From: an uncultured Saprospiraceae bacterium | Lineage (GTDB): Bacteria > Bacteroidota > Bacteroidia > Chitinophagales > Saprospiraceae | Direction: 5' to 3' | Length of the DNA: 41,138 nucleotides | Assembly (NCBI GenBank): GCA_937941765.1 | Contig: CALDGQ010000022.1 | Span: 1 to 41,138, forward strand | Part shown: piece after piece, positions 9,668 through 18,366 of the stretch | Layout of the letters: each line of letters starts with the position of its first letter | Position numbering within the stretch: position 1 is the first letter of the stretch | Translations under genes and position numbers: made by a program | Notes under the pieces: model-generated | The model's input: the letters and a program-made list of their open reading frames with translations, nothing else | The model's database searches: none | What the model was told of the DNA's origin: nothing

Positions 9668-9862
9668 ATGTATGATTTATGATATGACCGTTGTTGCGTC
9701 AGGCTGTGCGAAAATTCCCAAGAGCAAAGAGGTTAGAAACCTTTTGCTCGAATACCGTGTGTGTTACGAGATGAAGGTTTCTAACCTCTCATCTCCTACG
9801 AGTATTTTCGCACAGTCTGGCGTGTGCATACAAATCGGCTGTCATATCATACATCATACATT
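9668..9862. repeat. About 195 bp of extended imperfect palindrome with three nested inverted repeats, occupying the kinase-regulator intergenic space
   Basis: Outer arms: atgtatgatttatgatatgaccg (9668-9690) against cggctgtcatatcatacatcatacat (9837-9862). Middle arms: ggctgtgcgaaaat (9702-9715) against attttcgcacagtc (9804-9817). Inner arms: gaggttagaaacctt (9729-9743) against aaggtttctaacctc (9774-9788), a perfect 15-mer. The 69-aa ORF 9660-9869 lies inside this structure and is probably spurious. Confidence 0.55.
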
Positions 9863-9926
9863 CAAATGAACGAAGTGATTTAGAAAAAAATCATACACCC
9901 ATTACTTAACTACAGAAAACAATAAA

Positions 9927-10670
9927 ATGATCAAAACATTATTGGTCGATGATGAATTACTTTCGATTGAAAACTTGAAGGAAAGTATAATATCTAATTT
10001 TCCGAATTTAGAAATCGTAGGGACTGCTCAAAATGCAGATGAGGCGTTTGATTTAATAAATACCTTAAAACCGGAATTGGTTTTTCTGGATATTGCCATG
10101 CCTGGAGCAAGCGGATTTGATTTGTTACGAAAATTACCTGAATTAGAATTTGAGGTAATATTCGTTACCGCATTTGACCAATATGCAATGGATGCCATCA
10201 AATTTTGTGCAATCGGTTATGTACTGAAGCCTATCAATAAGGAAGAGCTTTTACATGCCGTTCATCGAGCTGTTAAATCTATTGGCCAAAAAAACGAGTT
10301 TAATAGAAACGTACAATTATTGGAGAATTTGGTCAATCCTGGCAATCAAAACAATCGTATTGGTATTCCAAGTCCTGATGGATTAGAGTTTGTGTCTATT
10401 CACGAAATTATCCGGTGTGAAGGAGTGCAACGATACACCAAAGTGTTATTTAAAGATCGAAAGGAACTTCTAAGTTCTTATAATTTAGGAGAGTTTCGTC
10501 GGTTGCTTGAAAACTATGGGTTTTATTCCGTTCACAAATCCCACCTTGTTAATTTGAATCATGTCAAACGTTATGATAAGGAAGGATTTGTGCAAATGAC
10601 TGATAATTTTAATGTTCCAGTTGCACGCAGAAAGCGACAAGATTTTATGCAATTTTTGACAAGGATTTAG
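9927..10670 (+). CDS. LytTR-family response regulator (CheY-like receiver plus LytTR DNA-binding domain)
   Basis: Receiver motifs (LLVDDE…, phospho-acceptor region LVFLDIAMPG, …KP) and a C-terminal LytTR domain (IRCEGVQRYTKV…YSVHKSHLVNLNHV). It sits immediately downstream of the LytS-type kinase. Confidence 0.9.
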   Translation: MIKTLLVDDELLSIENLKESIISNFPNLEIVGTAQNADEAFDLINTLKPELVFLDIAMPGASGFDLLRKLPELEFEVIFVTAFDQYAMDAIKFCAIGYVLKPINKEELLHAVHRAVKSIGQKNEFNRNVQLLENLVNPGNQNNRIGIPSPDGLEFVSIHEIIRCEGVQRYTKVLFKDRKELLSSYNLGEFRRLLENYGFYSVHKSHLVNLNHVKRYDKEGFVQMTDNFNVPVARRKRQDFMQFLTRI

Positions 10671-10865
10671 TGAACTTTCGCTCTTATTCCGATGGGTGAA
10701 TCAGATTGACCGTAGGTAGGACAACATTTTGAAATCCTTCATAATTGGAATATCATTACATTGTATTTAGAAGAACGGAATTATAACTAACATACAACTC
10801 ATTAATACTATGAAACAATATCAAATTTTTTGTCCCGTGATTCTTAACCCCAAAAAATGAGCACA

Positions 10866-10900
10866 AAAGACTTTTATCGCCTGCGATATAAAGTCTTTTA
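10866..10900. terminator. AT-rich near-perfect hairpin (aaagacttttatcgc-ctg-gcgatataaagtcttt) between convergent genes; candidate bidirectional terminator, with the better T-run on the minus strand
   Basis: Stem of ~14 bp with a 3-nt loop. On the minus strand it is followed by cTTTTgtgctcaTTTTTT. Confidence 0.35.
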
Positions 10901-11039
10901 GTGTACCAATGAAAAATAACTATACTAGTTTATAAGATATAATTAAGGTGTGATTTTATAGTAGTGTGGCGAAATTGAACTGTCAATTTCCCGCACTATT
11001 TTTTTTGCCTGAATCATTCAGAAGTGAATTCTGATTACC

Positions 11040-12056
11040 TCAACTTAGTGTACCCAAATAATCTTCCATTAAACTTTTTGATATTTTATAGGCATCCGTA
11101 ATCTGCAATTGGAATACCTGATCCAGCTGAAGATCGTTGTCTGTCAGCTCAATATTATTTTTTAATTTATAAAGTGTGTTTAAACTTTTCGAAAAATGAT
11201 GACCTCTCAAATATTTGAAATATAAATAATTACCACGCTCATTGATTAAGGCATGATATGGTGCATTTTCCATCTGATTCAAATCTATATCTTGAACCTC
11301 ATTAATTTTAACAATTGAATTTCGTTTGCCTTCTATTAATTGGTCACAATTTTCAGTAAGACTAAAAACAACTTCGGGTGTTGGTTTGATCTTGAAGTGG
11401 ATGCTGTTAGATTCCTTTTGATTAATTTTTAATACAGCAAAAGAAACTTCGTGAGAATCATTATCCAATGCCACGAAAATAGTTTTTCGATGAGCACACA
11501 ATTTGCGATCATAATGACCCGTAAAAATATACCGTGTGGGAATATCAAATAATCTAATTCTTCTTTTCAGTTGTGCATGAGCCAAAACAATATCGTACGG
11601 TTCCTGATTTGCTTCAATCAACGTTTTTAGTTTCTTCTTGAATTTGGAACAACTGTAAGGAATACCTAAAATGCTTAAACCACCAATCTCGACTTTTTTA
11701 TTATTAATATCTTGCGAATACTGTAAGCTTTCCGAAAATGCAACAACTTGATTGTAATACTTCGGATCGTCATGATTTCCACTTATAAACAGCGACGGAA
11801 TTTTCTTTCTTTCCAAAAAGGTGAGTAGTAAATTGAAGGCATGATGAAAACCATGACCACATGAACCATCACCAGTGATATCACCTGCAAATAAAACTAG
11901 GTCTGCTCGTTCATCTTCTACAATTTGGAGATACCGATAAATTCTTTGATAACGAGGAATGGAAATACGGGAAGGATCAAAAGAAAGCACTTCACTTTCG
12001 GTCATCGACCTTAGGTGAGATTCCCAATTTAAATCGCTCAATACAAGAATATTCAT
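11040..12056 (-). CDS. Calcineurin-like metallophosphoesterase with a ~120-aa C-terminal extension of unknown function
   Basis: Metallophosphoesterase motifs in order: ILVLSDLNWESH (D/H), LVLFAGDITGDG (GDxxD), FISGNHDD (GNH[DE]), VLAHAQL, FTGHYDRK (GH). Confidence 0.8.
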   Translation of the reverse strand: MNILVLSDLNWESHLRSMTESEVLSFDPSRISIPRYQRIYRYLQIVEDERADLVLFAGDITGDGSCGHGFHHAFNLLLTFLERKKIPSLFISGNHDDPKYYNQVVAFSESLQYSQDINNKKVEIGGLSILGIPYSCSKFKKKLKTLIEANQEPYDIVLAHAQLKRRIRLFDIPTRYIFTGHYDRKLCAHRKTIFVALDNDSHEVSFAVLKINQKESNSIHFKIKPTPEVVFSLTENCDQLIEGKRNSIVKINEVQDIDLNQMENAPYHALINERGNYLYFKYLRGHHFSKSLNTLYKLKNNIELTDNDLQLDQVFQLQITDAYKISKSLMEDYLGTLS

Positions 12057-12114
12057 TGTTAAATATTATCGTATTGAGCGATTAAATGGGTAAATGTTTT
12101 TGAGAAAATAATCA

Positions 12115-12216
12115 CTAAGATTTGTTCTTCTTTGCACGCTTTTCAGCTCTTTTTTCTTTAAGTGTTTTAGTTGCTTCTTTTTTTACATTTTTTTGTGAGT
12201 CTTTTCCTTTAGCCAT
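12115..12216 (-). CDS. Possible 33-aa highly basic micro-protein (MAKGKDSQKNVKKEATKTLKEKRAEKRAKKNKS)
   Basis: Hand translation of the minus strand: ATG at 12216 and TAG at 12115-12117, on the same strand as and between the AOS-fusion gene and the phosphoesterase gene. It is below the ORF-track length threshold. There is no homology evidence. Confidence 0.25.
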   Translation of the reverse strand: MAKGKDSQKNVKKEATKTLKEKRAEKRAKKNKS

Positions 12217-12329
12217 GTCTTAATATTTTAAAATTATAAATGTGTTTAGAATCAAATATACGTTTGATGATTGAAGTTTGCAAATCACACGATAAATAAA
12301 TGGTTATTGCCATTTTCACTGCCATTGCA

Positions 12330-14753
12330 TCAAACCTTGGTCGAAGTCATCGAAGCAATAACTTCCATATTGAAATGATCCTTTATCTGTACATAAGCAA
12401 CTCGACTTTCTTGCGTGGCACCAAACTTTCGTTTTGTTTCTTCGGCAGTAAATCCCCAATAGATTTTTTCAAAATTCAACTCCATACCTCGAATCATTAA
12501 TCGATATAGCATTTGTTTATAAATCTCATGCGATTCATTGTATTTATAATCCATGCCGGCTAGCATTGGACAATAATTTTTGGCAGATTTATAACAACAA
12601 GCCACTGCAATAGGAGTTGATTCGTCTTTTTTGTCAAAGATATACATGAATTCCCAGTTGGGATTTTCTGACATAGTATCTAAATAACTGATTGGATAGT
12701 CGAATAAATTTACAGCTAAATTGTTCTTTTTAACATTTTGAAATAATTTGTAAACTTGTTGTTTCAAACTAGCAGTGATTTTGTCGACGAATTGAACCGA
12801 CAGCTCATCTTTATAAGCAAGTACTTCATTTTTTAGTTTCCTTCTTCGTTTTGCTGAAACCGTACTAAGATATTCTTCGAAATTTGCCCAAGACAAATGT
12901 ACAATGTTGGTATCTGGAAGATTTATTTTCAAAAATCCTTCTTCTAAAAGGTAAGTATGAAATGCTTCATCACTTGCATTCAAGTCTCTGAACATAACGC
13001 CATTCACATTTAAGGTGTCAGCAAGGTTTTCTATTTCATTAAAAAATACTCTTAAAACTTGTTTCCAATCAGAACGATTTTTGTCCAAAAACAAATGATC
13101 TCCTTCAGTTAAAAAAGAGCCCATCATCAATTTATAGGAAGTTAAATAATAGGGTTCTTTTTCTCTTCTTTGTTCTATTTGAAATGAAATGCTTTCTGGT
13201 TCAAACATATCGTCTTTATGTATACCGTGTGTTAGAAAAGTACACAATATCGGAGCTCTTGATGTTTTATCACGGATAAGGATGTAATGGAAAGAAAAGT
13301 TATTTTCCTTTTTGTCATTTCCAGAAAAAATGGTTTGTTGAGTGATCATGCCATTGTAATCAAAGCAACCTCTATCAGCCAATAATTGATCCCATTCTTC
13401 CTTTTTTACATCCGCAATGTCTGTGTAATATTCCAGAACATAATTTCCAATTACTTTTACAGTTGCTGATAATTTTGATTTTACCGTTTCTTTTTCAATT
13501 AATTTAAAAGCTTTACGAATCTCTTTATTTGTTCTATTTTCAGATTCCAAAACTTTAGGAAAATGATGAACGAGGGTCTCGACGAATGCTTTGATATCAT
13601 CTTTAGATTGGTGTCGTGTAATCGTAAATCTTAATCCAGTATTTTTAATTGGCACCGCTGGGAAAACGCCTATTGATGAATAGAATCCACTAGCCATTAC
13701 TCGACGGACCATTTCATAACCGGTTTTAGGTTGTCCCATTCCCAGAAAATAAATAGGTGTAATAGGATCTGAAATAATAGGCAAGTCAGTTTTTTCTAAC
13801 AACTTGTTTGTATAATCTAATTTTTCTTGTAATTCATTTTGTAAAGTATAAATTTCTTCAGATAAACAAATTTCTGTCATTGCTAGTGCAGCCCCAATTG
13901 TTGCTGGAGGTAGCGGATGAGAATAGGTGAGTGGTCCACCAAAAGAACGTACCTTCTTGTAAATTTTTTCGTTTGGAAAAACCAATACACCACCGACAGC
14001 ACCAAATCCTTTTGCTAAAGTAGTACTTAAAATAATCCGCTCATTAATTCCAAAAACGTCGAATGCATACCCCGTTCCATTTTTTCCATACCACGCCATC
14101 CCATGTGCATCATCAATATAGATATGAAGTCGAGGATATTTTTGCATCATCATTTTGATGTCATCAAACGGAGCGACGTCTCCATACATAGAATAAACCC
14201 CATCGACGAGGTACCATACTTTGTCGTATTTTTCACCGCACTTTTTTAAAGTATGCTCAAGCATATCCATGTTATTGTGGCGGATCATGGTGATTTCTGC
14301 ACCTTTTTGACGCGCAACTTGAGCACCTGTTTGTACACTCATATGCACTTGCTGGTCCAAGATGATCATATCTTTGTAAGAAACCAAAGTAGGAATTGCA
14401 GATATATGTGAAATGGATGTACTTGACTGGACGATGGCAGGATGACCAAACATCGCCCCAATTTGTTCTTCCAATTGACCATTGATTTGACTGGTCATGT
14501 AAGTACGTGAAATGGAAAACTGAGTCCCATATTTTCGAGTAAACTCAATTGATTTTTCGATTAATTTCGGATGAAACTCAATACCGAGATAACCGCAAGT
14601 GCCAAAATTAATTAAGTTTTGACCTTTGACTAGAAGTTCGTTTCCTGAGTAGCCTTCTTTGTCTGTTTCTAAAAAAGTAAGTCCTCTGTTTTTGGCATCT
14701 GTTGTAATATCTGAGATAAGGTCAAGGTGATTGTTGTGGTTGATTTTAGCCAT
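12330..14753 (-). CDS. Fusion protein: N-terminal alpha-oxoamine synthase family PLP enzyme (BioF/KBL/serine-palmitoyltransferase-like) plus a C-terminal BioF2/FemAB-like GNAT acyltransferase domain
   Basis: AOS motifs: FGTCGYLG, IDDAHGMAWYG (DxxH), and the PLP lysine in STTLAKGFGAVGG. The C-terminal ~400 aa is non-PLP and resembles the 'BioF2-like' Acetyltransf_6 family that is often fused or adjacent to BioF homologues. Length is 807 aa. Confidence 0.85.
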   Translation of the reverse strand: MAKINHNNHLDLISDITTDAKNRGLTFLETDKEGYSGNELLVKGQNLINFGTCGYLGIEFHPKLIEKSIEFTRKYGTQFSISRTYMTSQINGQLEEQIGAMFGHPAIVQSSTSISHISAIPTLVSYKDMIILDQQVHMSVQTGAQVARQKGAEITMIRHNNMDMLEHTLKKCGEKYDKVWYLVDGVYSMYGDVAPFDDIKMMMQKYPRLHIYIDDAHGMAWYGKNGTGYAFDVFGINERIILSTTLAKGFGAVGGVLVFPNEKIYKKVRSFGGPLTYSHPLPPATIGAALAMTEICLSEEIYTLQNELQEKLDYTNKLLEKTDLPIISDPITPIYFLGMGQPKTGYEMVRRVMASGFYSSIGVFPAVPIKNTGLRFTITRHQSKDDIKAFVETLVHHFPKVLESENRTNKEIRKAFKLIEKETVKSKLSATVKVIGNYVLEYYTDIADVKKEEWDQLLADRGCFDYNGMITQQTIFSGNDKKENNFSFHYILIRDKTSRAPILCTFLTHGIHKDDMFEPESISFQIEQRREKEPYYLTSYKLMMGSFLTEGDHLFLDKNRSDWKQVLRVFFNEIENLADTLNVNGVMFRDLNASDEAFHTYLLEEGFLKINLPDTNIVHLSWANFEEYLSTVSAKRRRKLKNEVLAYKDELSVQFVDKITASLKQQVYKLFQNVKKNNLAVNLFDYPISYLDTMSENPNWEFMYIFDKKDESTPIAVACCYKSAKNYCPMLAGMDYKYNESHEIYKQMLYRLMIRGMELNFEKIYWGFTAEETKRKFGATQESRVAYVQIKDHFNMEVIASMTSTKV

Positions 14754-15184
14754 ACCAGTTAGTTTTGGAACATTAATAATTAAGGTGTCTATCTTTCAAT
14801 AAACAAAAGAGTGGTGTCTTATAACCTCCGTTAAATCCGACTTAAATAAATAGATGGCTTTGTACAACCGTGTCAGATTGTACTTTAATGTGCAAGTGTT
14901 ATAAAACGGGGTCGGTTTTATATTGTTAGGTGAAAAGTAGTTCGCCTTCTTCTACTATTTTCTCAAATGTTTATTGTTCTATTCTAGAATAAATATAGAC
15001 AAAAATATTTTTGCTACTTCATTTTCGTCCAAAATATTTTTAGTAAATTTTATCCCTTGAAAGAATTATATCTTGAAGTTGTATCTATCTTGCTTATTGA
15101 ATTTGGAATAATTTTAAAATTCGACCAGCAGGATTGTAACTTCTTGATTAATTGATTCGTCCTTTTAAAAAATGATCAACCAAG

Positions 15185-17308
15185 ATGGAAATACCTAAAT
15201 TTAAGCTCAATCATATCATAATTGCTGTATTATTATTGTGCTCATATGTAGCTGATGCCCAGAGCTATATCCGAGTTACTGGTCGGGTAATCGATTCCCA
15301 AAATGAAAATGCAATTGGTTTTGCTCATGTTGGAATACCTGAATTGGGTATTGGGACAACAAGCGGAAATGATGGTGTCTTTTCGCTTAAAATTCCAGCA
15401 AAAGGAAAAAATAGCAAGATGACAATTTCTTTTTTAGGTTATCAAACTTATCAGATTAATGTCATGGATATTAATGACCATTTAAAAGTTAAGTTGCAAA
15501 GAAGCGCTACGGACCTAACTGAAATTGTAGTGACAGATAAAAACCAACCAATAGACATCGTTCGAAAAGCAATAAAAAATATTTCTAACAATTATCCTAC
15601 AAAATCAATGACCCATCTTGGTTTTTATAGAGAGAGTCGTACTGATGATTCTTTGAGACATAAATATCTGGCTGAAGGTGTTTTGAAAATTTATACCAAA
15701 AGTTATAAAAAGAAGAAAAATGGTGGACTTATAGGATTGGTTCAAGGACGGTTGATGAATTTTAAGAATCCATTAGATACGGTAAGTAATGCAGGATTGA
15801 CTTCTGGACACATGGCAGCGCATCGGTTTGATTTTGTGAAAAATAGAGAAGATTTTATTGATAAAAAGTTATTAGATCTCTATCAATATGAATTGGAGGA
15901 AATCACTACTTATCAAGACCGACCAGTCTATATTATTAGTTTTGGTCCTGATTTGAGTAAGGTAAAGCCGCAAGAAAAAAATGAAAATAAAACTAATTTT
16001 CTTCAGGCAATTGCGGCGGCAATTATGAAAAAGAAAGTACCCGAAACACATGCAAGGTTGAAAGGTAGAATGTTTATCGATGCAGACTCCTATGCATTTA
16101 TTCGAGCAGAATTTGAGGTGACAAAATCAGGTCTGAAAAAGAAGAACGACTATCCACTTTATGCAGGTACTTGGAGATACAATAAGTATGTTGTTAATTA
16201 TCGTAAGCATAACGAAAAGTGGTATTTCAGTGATGCCTTGCGCGAAGGTGGATATCGAGGTGAAGGTGTTTACACCAATGAAATAAAAATCACTCAAATA
16301 GATACGGGTGATCAAGGTCCTATTCCTTATGAAGAAAGAATTTCAAGAGGAGATGAGTTTGCGCAAGAAACTGGGAGTTACGAAGACTCTTTTTGGAAGT
16401 CCTTTAATACCACACCTTTAAAAGCTGCATTGGCAGAAAGTGTCCAACAATTCAAAAACATCAAAAAATCAAGTGAAGTTTTTAGTCCTAAGAGAATGGC
16501 TGCATTAAAAGCATTGCGAGATTCTGTCGATTTAGCAAATAGGACCGTTGTCTCTATTGATGAAGATGGAAATGAGCAGGAAATAATTCTAGAGCCTGGA
16601 TTGAGCAACGAGAAGGAAAATAATTACAAAGTTCGAACCATGATTGGAATCGGCACACATTTAATCTCGACATCTCCTAACAATTTGTTTGTAAAATACG
16701 ATGATGACAATGGTGCCGAAATTTTATCGCTTAATAATGGTTTTAAAGGACGTGATTTCGAAATTATTTCCAGTTTTGATATGGATTTCCCAATCAATAA
16801 AAATCTCTTTATAAGAGGTGGTTATACTTTCGAATTTGCTAATAGCATCTATAAAGAACTTTCTGTGGGACTTGGATATCAACTGAAACTTACCAAGGAA
16901 GGCCGTCCTTTTTATTTAAGAGGAGTTACTGGAGTTGATCGATTGCGTTATGCTCGTAAAATCGGTCAAGCAAAAAATGAGTATGGAAAATTTAAAGTGG
17001 GAAAAAAGAAATTCAAGGCAGAAAATATAAATCTATATTATGGGAGCCGTACTTTCAATTTAAAATTATCTGGAGAGTTGGCGATGGAATTTGATGGAAG
17101 TCCGCAGATGTATTTAAGAGGAACTTATTATTTACCATTCAGTCAAAGACAAGATCTTTGGTTTTTTGAGCGAAAGAAAATTGGTAGAAAGAAGCGTTAT
17201 GTGCCTGTGGATGATGAGCGCGTTTCAGTTTTAAGAAATGATATTTCTTTTAATGAATCGATTATTTCAGAAGGAAGCTTTTCGATTTTGTTTGGTATTT
17301 CTTTCTAA
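15185..17308 (+). CDS. Outer-membrane protein with an N-terminal carboxypeptidase-regulatory-like (CarboxypepD_reg) domain and a C-terminal beta-barrel-like region (possibly a DUF5686-type family)
   Basis: Signal peptide (…LLLCSYVADAQS), then the CarboxypepD_reg-like motif RVTGRVIDSQNENAIGFAHVGIPELGIGTTSGNDGVFSL. A C-terminal aromatic residue (…GISF) is typical of OM barrels. No TonB plug motif recognised. Confidence 0.65.
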   Translation: MEIPKFKLNHIIIAVLLLCSYVADAQSYIRVTGRVIDSQNENAIGFAHVGIPELGIGTTSGNDGVFSLKIPAKGKNSKMTISFLGYQTYQINVMDINDHLKVKLQRSATDLTEIVVTDKNQPIDIVRKAIKNISNNYPTKSMTHLGFYRESRTDDSLRHKYLAEGVLKIYTKSYKKKKNGGLIGLVQGRLMNFKNPLDTVSNAGLTSGHMAAHRFDFVKNREDFIDKKLLDLYQYELEEITTYQDRPVYIISFGPDLSKVKPQEKNENKTNFLQAIAAAIMKKKVPETHARLKGRMFIDADSYAFIRAEFEVTKSGLKKKNDYPLYAGTWRYNKYVVNYRKHNEKWYFSDALREGGYRGEGVYTNEIKITQIDTGDQGPIPYEERISRGDEFAQETGSYEDSFWKSFNTTPLKAALAESVQQFKNIKKSSEVFSPKRMAALKALRDSVDLANRTVVSIDEDGNEQEIILEPGLSNEKENNYKVRTMIGIGTHLISTSPNNLFVKYDDDNGAEILSLNNGFKGRDFEIISSFDMDFPINKNLFIRGGYTFEFANSIYKELSVGLGYQLKLTKEGRPFYLRGVTGVDRLRYARKIGQAKNEYGKFKVGKKKFKAENINLYYGSRTFNLKLSGELAMEFDGSPQMYLRGTYYLPFSQRQDLWFFERKKIGRKKRYVPVDDERVSVLRNDISFNESIISEGSFSILFGISF

Positions 17309-17316
17309 CAATATGA

Positions 17317-17973
17317 TTAGCAACTACACATACCAATCATAATGATAAATTCTTTGTAAAGTCTGGAAAAAAACTCGTCAAAAGAACCCCTGTTTTTTTT
17401 GAGGGCTTTAAATTCAGCTTTCAATTTGCTGATATCGGTTGGGTCCAAGTTTCCTTTGATGGCATAAAAATCCATTTCACAGAGTTCTCCATCATCGGCA
17501 CTAAAGATCTTTATCATATCATAAGATTCCAGCCAAGAATTGTCTTCTGTTTTTAATTCTTTGGTACAAATTCTTCCATACACATTTCCTCTAATTACTG
17601 AGGTGATTACAATTGGATTTTGAATAGTTATTTTGGTAAAGTCAATAGGGTCTGTAAAGTTGTAGAATCGATCAGGTTGATTTGTATCTGTATTGTTGAG
17701 GTGTTTCATTTCAATAACAGACAATGATCTAAAAGCAAATAATCTTGCTGTCTTCAAAGTCTCATTATTGATGATTTCTGAAAAGTCTTTTACATAATTC
17801 CAATCATAATCATATAAGCAAAGGTCATTGTTTTTTAATTTTCCTTTGCTCTCCAATTGTACAAAATATTCTTTACCATCCGCTTCAAATGTGATAATAT
17901 CAAAGGTAGGTATATCCGCAATTGCAGCAACGATACTGATCAACGAAAAGTAAATGATTAGTAATTGTTTCAC
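17317..17973 (-). CDS. Hypothetical secreted protein or lipoprotein (218 aa)
   Basis: N-terminal signal peptide MKQLLIIYFSLISIVAAIA. No other motif recognised. Confidence 0.5.
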   Translation of the reverse strand: MKQLLIIYFSLISIVAAIADIPTFDIITFEADGKEYFVQLESKGKLKNNDLCLYDYDWNYVKDFSEIINNETLKTARLFAFRSLSVIEMKHLNNTDTNQPDRFYNFTDPIDFTKITIQNPIVITSVIRGNVYGRICTKELKTEDNSWLESYDMIKIFSADDGELCEMDFYAIKGNLDPTDISKLKAEFKALKKNRGSFDEFFSRLYKEFIIMIGMCSC

Positions 17974-18003
17974 GAAAAGTCATATTAATTAATAACAAAA
18001 ATA

Positions 18004-18270
18004 CTACTTATTTTTTTGCTTGATCATGGCTAATATTTTCATAGTCAATAAAATCCCAGACAAAACAATCATCACTAAATTAGCAATAATGATCGGCAAT
18101 TCATTCAAAATGAATCCATAAATCACCCATAAAATTACACCAACAAATAGCATTGAAAAAGTAACTAAAGAAAGATCTTCAGTCGACTTGGTTTGCATTA
18201 CTTTATAAACTTGTGGAAGGAATGCCGCAGTAGTGAGAAAGGCGGCAAGGTACCCGATGATTTCAATCAT
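18004..18270 (-). CDS. SemiSWEET / PQ-loop family small sugar transporter (3 TM)
   Basis: An ~88-aa product from the internal Met (MIEIIGYLAAFLTTAAFLPQ…) carries the PQ motif in TM1, plus two further hydrophobic helices. The ORF-track start at 18336 adds 22 residues that look non-native. Confidence 0.65.
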   Translation of the reverse strand: MIEIIGYLAAFLTTAAFLPQVYKVMQTKSTEDLSLVTFSMLFVGVILWVIYGFILNELPIIIANLVMIVLSGILLTMKILAMIKQKNK

Positions 18271-18366
18271 AGATGGTGATGCTTTTTTTGATAAGCTGAT
18301 TTTGAAATTTTTTGAACCGCAGAAACTGCTGTTCAATTTCCGATCGTTTGTTATTTAGACAGGAGT

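Noticed and set aside
9660-9869. 69-aa + strand ORF between kinase and regulator
   Set aside because: It lies entirely within the nested palindrome. The symmetric sequence creates an open frame by chance.
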